A stretch of DNA of 64,000 nt from Nitrospirota bacterium (GTDB taxonomy: Bacteria; Nitrospirota; UBA9217). Below, piece by piece: positions 10,158 through 20,921 of the stretch. Within the stretch, counting starts at the first letter, position 1; each line of letters opens with the position of its first letter. The stretch is from contig DATJAO010000062.1 in the NCBI GenBank assembly GCA_035516175.1, positions 14,040 through 78,039 of the forward strand, written 5' to 3'. Below the pieces are notes generated by a model. The model was not told the DNA's origin, searched no databases, and was given only the letters and a program-made list of their open reading frames with translations. A program made the position numbers and the translations under genes.

Positions 10158-10991
10158 TCACTTCAGGCCCCGTGGAAGAATGATGCCAATAGCTCCTCCG
10201 TCGTATTTTTCTCTACGCCATTTGTACAATAGGTCGATGATCGTACCCGGTTCTTGTATAGTGTACAGTGCCCGCAGTGCTTCTGCCAGCACTACTCGCT
10301 GCTGTGCAGTGTTAAATGGCGCGCCAAATGGATGACCGAATGGCCATCTCAAAAAAATGGTCCTGGGAGGCTTGACCTTCTCGGAATATTCCCGGACGAT
10401 CGATACGCCGATTGTCGGGATCCCCTCTTTTTCTATTTCGCGCTGTATCAATCCCACGGATTGATTGCAGATGCCTCATCCGGGTGTCAAGATAACGATA
10501 TCTACATCATCTTTTTTCAATCGATCAGCGACCTCGGGTGCACTCTTATTAATCAGCGTAAGTAGATGCTTGCCTGTAATATGGCCCATGAATCCGTAAT
10601 GAAAATCGGCAATATTCCCAATGAACCCTTCCCTTGCGAATTCCTTGAGTCTTTCGATGGGAAAAACGATATTGATGTCCCTATCAGCATCGGAATGATC
10701 ATAGTAGTCATGGGTGATCATCAGACTCGAGAGCGGCTTCGTGATATCGATAATCCTGTATGACGGATCACCGTCGCGGTCTTTCATATCGAACGGCTCC
10801 TGATCTTTGTGATGGATGCCTGCCGTTGTCACTACTGCTATCTTGGAATTTTCGAGGCCGGTTGTTACCGGAGCCCAGGGGATATCAAGGGATTTCCACG
10901 GTTCATAGGCGGCAGTAAATTTCCTGGAGAGCGACGGGAAACGGGTTATTATTTTTGCGATTAATTTATTTATTACTCTGTCCATGCTCAT
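10158..10991 (-). CDS. Glycine/betaine/sarcosine/D-proline reductase selenoprotein B (GrdB) family protein with in-frame UGA (Sec); two track ORFs joined
   Basis: Track ORFs 10476..10991 and 10158..10457 are in the same frame, separated only by TGA (10476-10478) and six sense codons. The joined sequence reads ...DVDIVILTPG-U-GICNQSVGLIQREIEKEGIPTIGVS... (UxxC). N- and C-terminal halves both look GRDB-like. A hairpin follows the UGA. Confidence 0.8.
10447..10478 (-). promoter_or_regulatory. UGA (10476-10478) plus candidate bacterial SECIS hairpin (10447-10465)
   Basis: The mRNA reads UGA GGC AUC UGC A-AUCAAUCC-GUG-GGAUUGAU. This is a perfect 8-bp stem starting 11 nt after the UGA, with G and U in the apical loop. 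Confidence 0.7.
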
Positions 10992-11475
10992 ACGTCATAA
11001 GGTCTCTCGTGCGTTCGTTGATCGGCCCCAAAGGGTCAATCTCATTTGTCGACAGTCGTAAACCTGGGCGGTCGCGGAGATGTATAAAGGCACCGGTTAC
11101 GCCGAAGCGACAAGTTGCGAGGCTTCGGCATGGTCATTGAAAAAACATTGTACAAACAACATTACATAGCTAGTCGACAAACAGAACGGTGATTGACACA
11201 CGTCTCGACAGAAAACTGATGAAAGAGCGGGATGACATCAATTCTCCGTCGGGGATTGGAGCGGGCCTATGATGTTCGATTTTGGCGCAGGCGGTTTGAG
11301 TTAAACAGCATCAAACCCGACTCATCATCCGCCGGTCACAGAACCGGACACCGGCCCACTCCTCAAATTCATGTGTTTAGTGCAAAGGGAGGTCAAGTGA
11401 TATCCCCGATATCAATATCTATGAGCAACCAGAACTTTTTTCAGGTTTTCAATTATTTGTTCGCGTAAATGACTC

Positions 11476-13713
11476 TTAAATCGTTTCATGTTTGATAACA
11501 GCCGGATCATATGGTAGCACAAAAACCTCTTTATCTTTCACGACCAAGATGAGATTGTTTTTTTTCGCCAACCCATACAGGGCCTTATTCCAGGAACCGT
11601 TTGTCATGAGGGTAATTCTTCTCTCCATTTTTGAATCAATGTTGATAATATATCCGTCTTGAGAAGCTGTCTTCGCTATACGCCGCACAATATCGCTTAT
11701 TTTATTCTTTCTTGCTTTGATAGCAATTGCTCTCCCGTTCAAGGAAAGGAACGAATCAGGAATATATCCTTGACCAGGGTCGGCCCCATAGGCAAGAAGG
11801 ATTTTTACGGCATCAACATTCCCCATTCTGGTGGCTGCAGTCAAAGCAGTAAAGCCCCTCGTGGTCTTTGCATTAACAGTTACTCCCTTTTCGAGAAGCA
11901 TCTTGGCCGTGTCTACGTGACCTTCGTTAACAGCGCACATGAGCGGAGTCTTCCCATCAACTGATGCCATCTTCATATTTGCACCTTTTTCTAAAAGCAG
12001 CGCGACAAACCCGGAATGTCCTTTACACGCAGCGGACAGTAACGAAAAATTCCCTTTATCGTCCACGTCATTAACGTCTGCACCGTGCTCGATAAGCAAC
12101 CCGGCAACTTCTGTGCGCCCATGATCAGCAGCGAATATTAACGGGAAGCGCCCTGCTTTATTCCGGCCTTTCACATTCGCGCCATTTTGCAGGAGGTATT
12201 TTACAATTCTCATGTGTGCTTCTTTAAAATCAGAAGTATCCAAAGCAGCCTGCAATGCTGTAGCAGCGCCTTCACTGGAGGGGACCGTATAATTGACGTC
12301 TGCACCGTTTTCACAAAGTAATTTAACGATATTTTCATGCCCCTTGCCTGAGGCCGCCATCAATGCTGTATTACCGCTCTTATCAAAATAATTTAATGAT
12401 GCTGCCTTCAGCTTAATCAGCTTCTTGAGTACATTTACATATCCATTTTCGGAAGCGATAATAAGAGCTGTCTTTCCATTTTCATTTTTTGCATCTAAAT
12501 TTATTTCTGCCTTAATAAAGAGATCCACAGCCTCCTCGTTATTCTTTGACACTTCATCCAGGAAAGCTTGCTCGGAAAACTGGATGTTTTTGTTTTCTAG
12601 TTTCTTTGCAAAATACCATTTCGCGAGAGAACCTCTATTTACAACTATTGCGCCAATGAGAATTGCTATGATAAGCGCGACTACTGCATAGGTAGCTGTT
12701 TTCAGTCCCTTCTTTTTCAATTTAGGTGTTTCTAAATGACTGCTTTCATCAATTGGCAAACTGTCAGCTGCCTGCTCAAGGGGGGGACTATCTGGACTAA
12801 GCTCTGGAGCACTATCAGCAGGCTGCTTATCGTTTGTCTCCTCAGCCAATATTGTTTTGAGATTTCTTTTATGCCTGATTGGCTCTCCTGTCTTCCTTTT
12901 CAGCCGTAGTATATGAATATCGAGTTCAGGTAATGGTCCAATTTCATCTAGGTAGGTACGTATCTTCTTTTGCCATAAGAAAATGGAAAGATCGATAAGA
13001 AGCCCGGATATCACGCCGATTATGGCTGACAAGATAACAGCGCCGGAAAATAAGCCCAGCAGAATACCGACGCCTCCCAGTACGAGCGGAGGCAGCCACC
13101 AGAGCCTGGAATACGAAGTCAAAGAATCATGAATTCTTTGTTGTTTAAAGGGTTTCCCTTCAGGCGTGTTTAGGAAATCTTCCCATTCTCTGGCATCGAC
13201 TCGCAGCTTCTCCTGATACTTCTTGATTACACGAGCAATGTCACGATGACCTTTTTCTTCGGCAATATTAACGGCGGTCTTGCCGGACTTGTCCTTTGCC
13301 TCAAAATCAATACCTGATTGCAGGAGAAGATCAACAATATCGGTTCCTGTTTGATCAAATGCCGCCTTGTGCAACGCTGTCCAACCGTCATCACGTCTTG
13401 CATTAACGTTCACACCTGCTTGTATTAGGACCTCAGCGATCTCTGTTTGCCCTTTTGACGCAGCAACCATCAACGGCGTGACCCCGTCGCGACTTAAGTT
13501 TATATTAATCCCCTCTTCTATCAACTGCTTCACAACACTGACGTTTCCGATCTCGAGTGCCTCAATTAATTGAGGCCATTTCTTTGCTGTAGGTGAGGCA
13601 TAATCACGATTGTATTTCCCCGGACCTGCCTTTGATAACGGCTTTGCATCCCGCCCTTCTTTCTTGGTTTTCTTCTGATATCCCTTGGATGGCCCAGATA
13701 TTTTATTTTCCAT
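11476..13713 (-). CDS. Ankyrin-repeat membrane protein (about 745 aa) with ANK blocks on both sides of three predicted TM helices and an STN-like C-terminal domain
   Basis: I moved the start to the ATG at 13713 (MENKISGPSKG), which has AAGGAG 8 nt upstream. Many TALHxAA / GxTPLMxAxxxGH / DVNxxD ANK repeats are visible. Hydrophobic stretches are LWWLPPLVLGGVGILLGLFSGAVILSAIIGVISGLLIDLSIFLW and TATYAVVALIIAILIGAIVV. The sequence looks AT-richer than its neighbours by eye. Confidence 0.88.
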   Translation of the reverse strand: MENKISGPSKGYQKKTKKEGRDAKPLSKAGPGKYNRDYASPTAKKWPQLIEALEIGNVSVVKQLIEEGININLSRDGVTPLMVAASKGQTEIAEVLIQAGVNVNARRDDGWTALHKAAFDQTGTDIVDLLLQSGIDFEAKDKSGKTAVNIAEEKGHRDIARVIKKYQEKLRVDAREWEDFLNTPEGKPFKQQRIHDSLTSYSRLWWLPPLVLGGVGILLGLFSGAVILSAIIGVISGLLIDLSIFLWQKKIRTYLDEIGPLPELDIHILRLKRKTGEPIRHKRNLKTILAEETNDKQPADSAPELSPDSPPLEQAADSLPIDESSHLETPKLKKKGLKTATYAVVALIIAILIGAIVVNRGSLAKWYFAKKLENKNIQFSEQAFLDEVSKNNEEAVDLFIKAEINLDAKNENGKTALIIASENGYVNVLKKLIKLKAASLNYFDKSGNTALMAASGKGHENIVKLLCENGADVNYTVPSSEGAATALQAALDTSDFKEAHMRIVKYLLQNGANVKGRNKAGRFPLIFAADHGRTEVAGLLIEHGADVNDVDDKGNFSLLSAACKGHSGFVALLLEKGANMKMASVDGKTPLMCAVNEGHVDTAKMLLEKGVTVNAKTTRGFTALTAATRMGNVDAVKILLAYGADPGQGYIPDSFLSLNGRAIAIKARKNKISDIVRRIAKTASQDGYIINIDSKMERRITLMTNGSWNKALYGLAKKNNLILVVKDKEVFVLPYDPAVIKHETI

Positions 13714-14008
13714 AAGGCAACTCCTTGTTTTCAGTGTCACAAGAGCATGGTTCAGTATATCGTGAACGCTCTGTCTCGTCAACACTCTCCTCATTAAATT
13801 TGGCCCACGCATGCACATCGGATGAAATTTCCCTGCAACCTCTACCACACAAATCTTTCGTGGCATTAAAAAGACGAGCGTTTGCAAGGAAGACCAGGGC
13901 GCCTTATATCCCCCGCCCTGAAGAAACGGGATTTTACGGCGCGAAATGATAAAAATTTAGAAACCCGCTTGCGGCGTTTTCGAAACTATCTAAGGACCTC
14001 ATTTGCTG

Positions 14009-14037
14009 TTGACAGGCCATTTTAGTTTTGCTATGGT
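14009..14037 (+). promoter_or_regulatory. Candidate sigma-70 promoter (TTGACA-17 nt-TATGGT) upstream of ppsR
   Basis: TTGACA at 14009-14014, 17-nt spacer, TATGGT at 14032-14037. Confidence 0.4.
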
Positions 14038-14154
14038 CAATCGTACATGCAATACAAGGTCGAATAATCTTTCCTTCATCTTTGCCTGCACTGCGCACAG
14101 CGCTCTGTACCAGGCGGTGTATACACGTTCGCGTATCATATGATGTATTGAAGA

Positions 14155-14973
14155 ATGCCTACGAAAAAAATCTACATTATTTCCGATGCCACCGGCCAGA
14201 GCGGCCTGCACATTCTGAGGGCAGCCATCGTTCAGTTCGAACATTCCCGCACGAAAATGATGGTTTTCCATGATATCGATTCAAAGGCCGCTCTCAAAAA
14301 AATCCTCGACCAGGCCAAGTCGGACAAGGCACTCATCGCCTTTACCTTTGTCAGAAAAGAGATGAGGGACTATGCCAACGCATACTGCCTGAAGAGCAAT
14401 ATTTACCATCTTGACATTCTGGGCCCGCCCATCAGCAATCTCTCTTCCTATCTGCATCGGGAACCGCTCGAGACCCCTACCCTCCTCAGAAAGGTCGATG
14501 CGCGGTATTTTAAGCGTATCGACGCGATAGAGTACACGATCGGACACGATGACGGCAGGGGCGCCGAGCGCCTCAGGGAAGCTGATATCGTTCTGGTGGG
14601 TCTATCGCGGACATCCAAGACACCAACCTCGTTATTCCTTGCTCAGGAGGGCTATAAGGTTGCAAATGTCCCTATTGTTCCTGGTATTCCCTTACCAGAA
14701 GAGCTCTTCGAAATTGACCAGCACAAGATCGTCTGTCTAAATATAGACCCCGAAGTCCTCCAGAAAATCAGGAAGGTGCGTCAAAAAAATTCCAATCTTA
14801 AATCGAGTTACAGCGACTTGAAGAAGGTCTTTGCCGAGGTCGAGTACGTCTGGGACCTCGTCAAAAAACACAAGAACTGGAAGATCGTTGATACAACGAA
14901 CAAATCTATTGAGGAGACTGCATGGGAAATCATCCACCACATTTCCGGACATGGACATGACGAGTATAATTAG
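14155..14973 (+). CDS. ppsR: PEP synthase / pyruvate phosphate dikinase regulatory protein (bifunctional kinase-pyrophosphorylase, DUF299)
   Basis: 272 aa. Motifs IYIISDATGQSG, DIVLVGLSRTSKTPTSLFLAQEGYKVANVP and IDPEVLQKIR. Confidence 0.9.
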   Translation: MPTKKIYIISDATGQSGLHILRAAIVQFEHSRTKMMVFHDIDSKAALKKILDQAKSDKALIAFTFVRKEMRDYANAYCLKSNIYHLDILGPPISNLSSYLHREPLETPTLLRKVDARYFKRIDAIEYTIGHDDGRGAERLREADIVLVGLSRTSKTPTSLFLAQEGYKVANVPIVPGIPLPEELFEIDQHKIVCLNIDPEVLQKIRKVRQKNSNLKSSYSDLKKVFAEVEYVWDLVKKHKNWKIVDTTNKSIEETAWEIIHHISGHGHDEYN

Positions 14974-15213
14974 TCCCATTCTCGTTTTTGTCCCGAGTTT
15001 CGAATAAATACTACCTGGAGGGCTGCTCAGGCCAAACGTTCATTTGCGGATGTCCCCATCTGTTAACTCGAAACAACGCATATTCACACCTCGACCGCAT
15101 GCTGCTCCGCGGTCATCAAAGAGGAAATGGCCTTGTCGGGCTGCTTCATGCCATCGACGATCATACTCGTCCTGCTGTTACCAACGCACGTTTAAAAAAG
15201 ATTCAACAAACTG

Positions 15214-15234
15214 AAAAAGAGAAGAAATCTTCTC
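15214..15234 (-). terminator. Weak candidate intrinsic terminator downstream of pgi
   Basis: The reverse strand reads GAGAAG-AUUU-CUUCUC followed by UUUUU. The stem is short and AT-rich. Confidence 0.35.
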
Positions 15235-15319
15235 AACATGGAAAAAATGAAGGCGAGTTCAGTTTGGAAAGGATCGGCCTAGGAATTCATGAAATTCAGT
15301 AGCTTTGCGAGCTCTTTTA

Positions 15320-16918
15320 TCACAATAACTCTTTGATCAAATAGCGCGAATCGAATACGGGCGCGGTAGGCATCTTCTGCACCTTATGATCCTGATTTAC
15401 GCTCATGTGTTCGAGGATCATGAAGACCGTCTCGACACTATCTTCCGCGTTGATGGCTTTGGCGACCTCTTCGGCGGTGAAGGACGTTCCGGGATTTTCG
15501 CGCAGGTGTGCAAGTAACTTTCCCTGGAGGGCTATAACGGCACCAGCCATCTTCTTCCCTGCTTCGACGCCGGGCTGGTGATAGGCATTGATATTGACGA
15601 GTTTGGCGTAGAACCCCACCGCCCGTTCATAGAGAGCGATGAGCGCGCCGACGGACTGGGGATTGAGCCTTTCGATCGTAATAGAGACTGACTCACGACC
15701 ATTATCATACAAGGCGTTCCTCGTTCCCAGGAGATAGGCGTTCAGATAATCGCCGCTCGTGACGCCAGGATCGACTTCAAGGGAGGGCGCATCATGGTCA
15801 TGAAGCACCCCGATGAACGTAGCGAAAAAATTATTCACTCCCTCGCGGAGCTGCTGCACGTAAGCATGCTGGTCTGTCGAGCCCTTGTTGCCGTAAACCG
15901 CAATGCCCTGGTTTACCACTTTGCCACTGAGGTCTTTCTCCTTGCCGAGAGACTCCATGACAAGCTGCTGAAGGTATTTGGGAAAGAGCATCAGCCTGTC
16001 TTTATAAGGAAGGATAACCATGTCTTTGGCTCCGCAGCCATTGGTCGCATGATGCCAGGCAAGAGCCAAGAGCGCCGAAGGATTGGAGCGGGTCTCCTTG
16101 CGACGGGTAATCTCATCGCAAAGGGCGGCACCCTTTAACAATTCTTCTATAGATACACCCTGAAGTGCGGCCGGCAGAAGACCAACAGCAGACATTACCG
16201 ATGTCCTCCCACCTATCCAATCCCACATAGGGAACCTTGCTAGCCATCCCCCACTTTTTGATATATTATAAAGCTTGCTTCCCACTCCTGTTACGGCAAC
16301 AGCATGCCTCTCAAACGACAGGCCTGCTTTCCGATAGGCTGATGCAACTTCGAGCATACCGTTTCTCGTCTCGATTGTGCCACCACTCTTGGAGATTACA
16401 ATGGTTAGAGTATTGTCCAGATCATCACCGATTTCCGCAAGCACCCGGTCTATGCCGTCGGGGTCCGTGTTGTCAATGAAATAGGGTTTCATCTTGTCCG
16501 ATTTTGTGCCGAAGGAATCGGCAATGAACTGTGGACCCAGAGCCGAACCGCCGATACCGATACTTAATACATGCGTGAAGCGCTCCCGTTTGCGGGGATA
16601 GATCTTTCCTGCATGGACGGAGAATGCAAAGCCTTTGATCGCCTCGATGGTGTCTTTTATTTCCTGTCGGATCTCAGGCGTCGGCGCCCGATCAGGGCTG
16701 CGAAGCCAATAATGACCGACCATGCGGTTCTCGTCGGGATTGGCAATGGCACCTGCCTCGAGCTCCTCCATGACACTGTAAGCTTTCTGTATCTCAGGCT
16801 CCATGCAGGCAAGATAGTCGGCGGGAAAATTCATCCTGCTGATGTCGAGCGTCATGCCGATGGATGGACAGATACAAAGATATTGTTTGTACCGTTCCCA
16901 GGAGGTTTTGTCGGTCAT
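15320..16918 (-). CDS. pgi: Glucose-6-phosphate isomerase
   Basis: 532 aa. Motifs [25 protein letters not shown] and [14 protein letters not shown] of phosphoglucose isomerase. Confidence 0.93.
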   Translation of the reverse strand: MTDKTSWERYKQYLCICPSIGMTLDISRMNFPADYLACMEPEIQKAYSVMEELEAGAIANPDENRMVGHYWLRSPDRAPTPEIRQEIKDTIEAIKGFAFSVHAGKIYPRKRERFTHVLSIGIGGSALGPQFIADSFGTKSDKMKPYFIDNTDPDGIDRVLAEIGDDLDNTLTIVISKSGGTIETRNGMLEVASAYRKAGLSFERHAVAVTGVGSKLYNISKSGGWLARFPMWDWIGGRTSVMSAVGLLPAALQGVSIEELLKGAALCDEITRRKETRSNPSALLALAWHHATNGCGAKDMVILPYKDRLMLFPKYLQQLVMESLGKEKDLSGKVVNQGIAVYGNKGSTDQHAYVQQLREGVNNFFATFIGVLHDHDAPSLEVDPGVTSGDYLNAYLLGTRNALYDNGRESVSITIERLNPQSVGALIALYERAVGFYAKLVNINAYHQPGVEAGKKMAGAVIALQGKLLAHLRENPGTSFTAEEVAKAINAEDSVETVFMILEHMSVNQDHKVQKMPTAPVFDSRYLIKELL

Positions 16919-16997
16919 GATCTTGTCCTTAATGGCATAAAAATCAAGGATCAGTGCCCTTTTCTCTCGAAAGCATTAAGTCCTCAGTTCCATATGG

Positions 16998-17291
16998 TCA
17001 GGATCTGCGACCGTCAGTCGAAGAGTCTGTCTTTGCGTTTTCTTCTTCATTTCCATACACAGCCCGTATCCTGCGGCCAAGCTCCCGTAATGCGTCGGAG
17101 AACTTCATTCCCTTGTCGATAAGCTCACGTACAACCTCCGCCTTGCTCAAGGCCGTGATCACCTCATTGGTCTGATCCACAATCTCGCACTGGTTCTCAC
17201 CCTTTTCGAGCTGCTGCCGGATACAGGACTCAAGCTGATCAGGCGTATACTTTTCTGCCAGTTTTCTTAATTCCTTGGTATCCATAGCCAA
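16998..17291 (-). CDS. Small acidic hypothetical protein
   Basis: 97-aa ORF filling the gap between pgi and mnmE. No motif recognised. Confidence 0.45.
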   Translation of the reverse strand: MAMDTKELRKLAEKYTPDQLESCIRQQLEKGENQCEIVDQTNEVITALSKAEVVRELIDKGMKFSDALRELGRRIRAVYGNEEENAKTDSSTDGRRS

Positions 17292-17442
17292 GTTTGATAA
17301 TGGACATATTCTATCATAAAATTTTTTCGAATATTAGAAAGAATCCTTTACATAAAAGGAATTTAATTGTGACGGGCGCGGATCTGATCAGGTGTTCCAA
17401 AAAGATGTTTTTAGACTTTGTGCTTTGTGGTAATATACGCCC

Positions 17443-18816
17443 ATGCAGGAACAGGATACGATCTGCGCGGTCTCGACGCCGCCGGGCGAAGGTGGGATCG
17501 GCATCATCCGGATGAGCGGGAAAGATGCGATCAGCATCGGTGCGAGAGTCTTCAAGCCGCGCCGCGATAATAATGATTTTGCGCTGACTGCTACCCATAC
17601 GGTCCACTATGGACACGTCATCGACCCGGGCACGGGGGAAATGGTTGATGAAGTGCTCATGAGCGTTATGCGCGGGCCTGCTACGTATACGCGGGAAGAT
17701 GTAGTCGAGATAAACTGCCATGGTGGCATGATGCCGCTCTGGCGCACCATGGCTCTGCTCATCAATGCAGGTGCGCGGCAGGCCGAGCCCGGAGAGTTCA
17801 CGAAGAGGGCGTTCCTGCACGGCAGGATAGATCTTGCCCAGGCAGAGGCTGTGATGGACATCATCAGGGCCAAGACCGATCTTTCGCACCGTGCGGCGAA
17901 TGAACTGCTCATGGGCGGTTTATCGATAGAAGTCTCAAACCTCCGGGACCGCCTTGTTTCACTTCTCGCTTCGGTGGAGGCGGGAATCGATTTCCCCGAG
18001 GAGGACATTGAGACCGAGTCCGGCACGCCGCTCGCGGATGAGGTATCCGACATTTTGGCGATGATAGAGGGATTGCTCTCGAGCTTTGCGTTCGGACGGA
18101 TTCTTCGCGACGGCTTTGCGACCGCCATTGTCGGCAAACCGAACGTGGGTAAGTCTTCGCTCTTGAATGCGCTGCTCAAACAGAATCGCGCAATCGTTAC
18201 CGAGATACCCGGTACGACGCGGGATGTGCTTGAGGAATATTTGAACGTCTCCGGCATCCCGATCAGAATTCTGGACACTGCGGGAATCAGGCACACCCAT
18301 GATGCGGTTGAGCAGGAGGGTGTCCGCCGGAGCCTTGCGGCAATCGAGTCCGCGGACATCGTGATCGTGGTCCTCGATGGCTCAGAGAAGCTCAAGGAAG
18401 AAGACCAGCGAGTATTGAAAGAGGTAGAGGGAAAGAGCGCGATCGCGGTAATCAATAAGTCCGATTTGCCACGCGAACTGGAGGTCCTTGATCGACCTCG
18501 ATTGCAGGTCTCTCTATCGTGCCGCACCGGAGACGGTTTAGATAGTTTGAAGCGTGCGGTTTCAGATATGATGAAGCAGGGGACCGTCAGAGCCCGAGAA
18601 CACGCCTGGGCCGTGAACCAGCGGCACAGGGGCGCGCTGGAAAATACAAGGATCAGTTTGGAAAAGTCACTTGAATCCGTCAAAGCCTGCCTGTCTCCCG
18701 AATTCATCGCCGTTGACTTGCGGGACGCTCTCGACAGTCTGGGTCTAATCCTCGGCGCGACATACACTGAGGATATCCTCGAGAGGATATTTAATGACTT
18801 CTGCATTGGAAAGTAG
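17443..18816 (+). CDS. mnmE: tRNA modification GTPase MnmE
   Basis: 457 aa. N-terminus DTICAVSTPPGEGGIGIIRMSG, G-domain GKPNVGKSSLLNAL...DTAG, and the C-terminal FCIGK motif. Confidence 0.97.
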   Translation: MQEQDTICAVSTPPGEGGIGIIRMSGKDAISIGARVFKPRRDNNDFALTATHTVHYGHVIDPGTGEMVDEVLMSVMRGPATYTREDVVEINCHGGMMPLWRTMALLINAGARQAEPGEFTKRAFLHGRIDLAQAEAVMDIIRAKTDLSHRAANELLMGGLSIEVSNLRDRLVSLLASVEAGIDFPEEDIETESGTPLADEVSDILAMIEGLLSSFAFGRILRDGFATAIVGKPNVGKSSLLNALLKQNRAIVTEIPGTTRDVLEEYLNVSGIPIRILDTAGIRHTHDAVEQEGVRRSLAAIESADIVIVVLDGSEKLKEEDQRVLKEVEGKSAIAVINKSDLPRELEVLDRPRLQVSLSCRTGDGLDSLKRAVSDMMKQGTVRAREHAWAVNQRHRGALENTRISLEKSLESVKACLSPEFIAVDLRDALDSLGLILGATYTEDILERIFNDFCIGK

Positions 18817-18930
18817 GCATGAAATTTTGAATAGGTGATTAGTCACGGATTAACACTGATCGACACGGATAAAAACTTTTTCCTCCGTGTACTCTATTGT
18901 ATCCGTGGTAATAAAGTCGAGGGCTGTTCT

Positions 18931-20808
18931 ATGTCCTTTGGGAAAAAATACGATGTAATCATAATCGGCGCAGGTCACGCTGGGTGCGAAGCGGCGCTGG
19001 CCGCGGCGCGCATGGGCTGTTCCACGCTCATGCTCACCATGAACCTCGACAGCATCGCGCTTATGTCCTGCAATCCTGCAATAGGCGGGCTCGCGAAGGG
19101 GCACCTTGTGAAAGAGATCGATGCCCTAGGCGGTAAGATGGCGAAGATCATTGACCGTACTGGTATTCAATTCAGAATTCTCAACCGGAGCAAGGGGCCG
19201 GCAGTCCGAGGCACGCGTGCGCAAGCAGACAAGCAGAAGTACCGGCTCGCCATGAAAGAATCCGTCGAGCAGCAGCCGGGACTTGATGTGAAGCAGGGTC
19301 TCGTCGAAAAGATTCTCGTTGAGGACAGCAGGATTGTCGGCGTTGAGACGAACATCGGCGTCCAGTACTGCTCTTCCGCCGTGATCGTAACTACCGGTAC
19401 GTTTTTGAAGGGCCTCATCCATATCGGGCTAATACATTATCCTTCAGGCAGGGCAGGGGAGTTCCCTTCAGAAGGCCTCTCCGGCAGCCTCAGAGACCTC
19501 GGCTTCGAGCTTGGCCGTCTCAAAACCGGGACGCCTGCAAGAGTCAATGGAAGGACGATTGATTTTTCCAGGACTAGAGCACAGTATGGTGACGATCCTG
19601 CGCCGTTCTTTTCTTTTTCAGAGAAAGAACACCCATTAAGACAATTACCGTGCTATTTGACATTTACCACCCCACTTACACATAAATATATAAAGAATAA
19701 TCTTGATCGCTCCCCACTTTATACTGGGTTAATAAAAGGCATTGGCCCGCGCTATTGTCCGTCTATCGAGGACAAAGTAATGAGATTCCCGGATCGGGAG
19801 CGACATCAGATATTTCTCGAACCGGAAGGTCTTGATACAGAAGAATATTATGCTAATGGTGTCTCCACGAGCTTACCATATGACGTCCAGGTCCAGATTT
19901 ATCGAACCATACCGGGGCTTGAAGAAGCTGAGATAATGAGGCCTGCCTATGCCATTGAGTACGATTTCGCTCCGCCCATGCAGATCATGCACACGCTCGA
20001 GACGAAGAAAATCTTCGGGCTTTACTTCGCTGGGCAGATCAACGGCACGTCGGGTTACGAGGAAGCCGCGGCCCAGGGGTTAATGGCGGGGATCAATGCC
20101 GCGCTCAAGATCCAGAAGCGGCCGCCGCTCATTCTCAACCGCGCGGAAGCATACATCGGCGTACTGATTGACGACCTCGTGACGAGAGGCACGTCGGAAC
20201 CATACCGCATGTTCACGTCCCGGGCTGAGTATCGGCTCATCCTGCGCGAGGATAATGCGGACTTGCGGCTCAGGGACAAGGGACATGAGATTGGCCTCGT
20301 GACTGATGAAGAGTACCGATGTTTTTTAAAGAAGAAAAAAGCGGCGGAACAGGAGATAGTCAGGCTCGGGAAGACATGGGTAAAGCCGACACCAGAGATT
20401 AATGCCGTGCTTACGAATGCCGGATCCGCGGGTCTTGTGGGGGAGGCAGTGATGGAGCAGGTCCTCAAGCGGCCGGAGCTGCGGTATGAAGATATCGCGA
20501 AGATCAGCCCACCACCCCAACCGCTCGATCCGGCAATCGCGGAACAAGTGGAGATACAGGTGAAATATTCAGGCTATATCCAACGCCAGCTCCAGCAGGT
20601 GGAAAGGTTTTCATCGCTAGAACAGAAGGACATCCCCTCTGAAATGGATTACGATGGCGTAACTGGCCTCGGCACCGAGGTGCGCCAGAAGCTCAAGGAA
20701 GTGCGGCCCGTCTCGCTCGGCCAGGCATCACGTATAGCAGGTGTGACCCCCGCGGCGATATCGCTTCTTATGGTCGCGCTCGAAAAAAGGAAGAGGGGAA
20801 GGGCATAG
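18931..20808 (+). CDS. mnmG: tRNA uridine 5-carboxymethylaminomethyl modification enzyme MnmG (GidA)
   Basis: Start moved to the ATG at 18931 ([32 protein letters not shown] fold). The track start at 18835 adds 32 non-conserved residues. Confidence 0.96.
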   Translation: MSFGKKYDVIIIGAGHAGCEAALAAARMGCSTLMLTMNLDSIALMSCNPAIGGLAKGHLVKEIDALGGKMAKIIDRTGIQFRILNRSKGPAVRGTRAQADKQKYRLAMKESVEQQPGLDVKQGLVEKILVEDSRIVGVETNIGVQYCSSAVIVTTGTFLKGLIHIGLIHYPSGRAGEFPSEGLSGSLRDLGFELGRLKTGTPARVNGRTIDFSRTRAQYGDDPAPFFSFSEKEHPLRQLPCYLTFTTPLTHKYIKNNLDRSPLYTGLIKGIGPRYCPSIEDKVMRFPDRERHQIFLEPEGLDTEEYYANGVSTSLPYDVQVQIYRTIPGLEEAEIMRPAYAIEYDFAPPMQIMHTLETKKIFGLYFAGQINGTSGYEEAAAQGLMAGINAALKIQKRPPLILNRAEAYIGVLIDDLVTRGTSEPYRMFTSRAEYRLILREDNADLRLRDKGHEIGLVTDEEYRCFLKKKKAAEQEIVRLGKTWVKPTPEINAVLTNAGSAGLVGEAVMEQVLKRPELRYEDIAKISPPPQPLDPAIAEQVEIQVKYSGYIQRQLQQVERFSSLEQKDIPSEMDYDGVTGLGTEVRQKLKEVRPVSLGQASRIAGVTPAAISLLMVALEKRKRGRA

Positions 20809-20921
20809 AGATTGCGACCATTGTCGTGCATACTGCAAAAGCATGAAGAACAGGTTCTATCTTCCTCCGGAAAGAGGATTTAGACGAGAGGAACTCAGAG
20901 TAGGACAACAGAGAGGGCATC

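Noticed and set aside
11101-11129. Hairpin GCCGAAGC-N13-GCTTCGGC upstream of the selenoprotein gene
   Set aside because: No U tract follows it on either strand, and it lies upstream rather than downstream of the adjacent genes. There is not enough evidence to call it a terminator or a regulatory element.
14988-15302. 104-aa TTG-start ORF in the ppsR-pgi spacer
   Set aside because: It has no RBS and no recognisable motif, and it occupies a convergent-gene spacer where terminators are expected. I treat it as non-coding.
17607-18806. 399-aa ORF antisense to mnmE
   Set aside because: It is a Ser/Arg-rich, low-complexity translation lying exactly opposite a highly conserved gene. This is a typical antisense shadow in GC-rich coding DNA.
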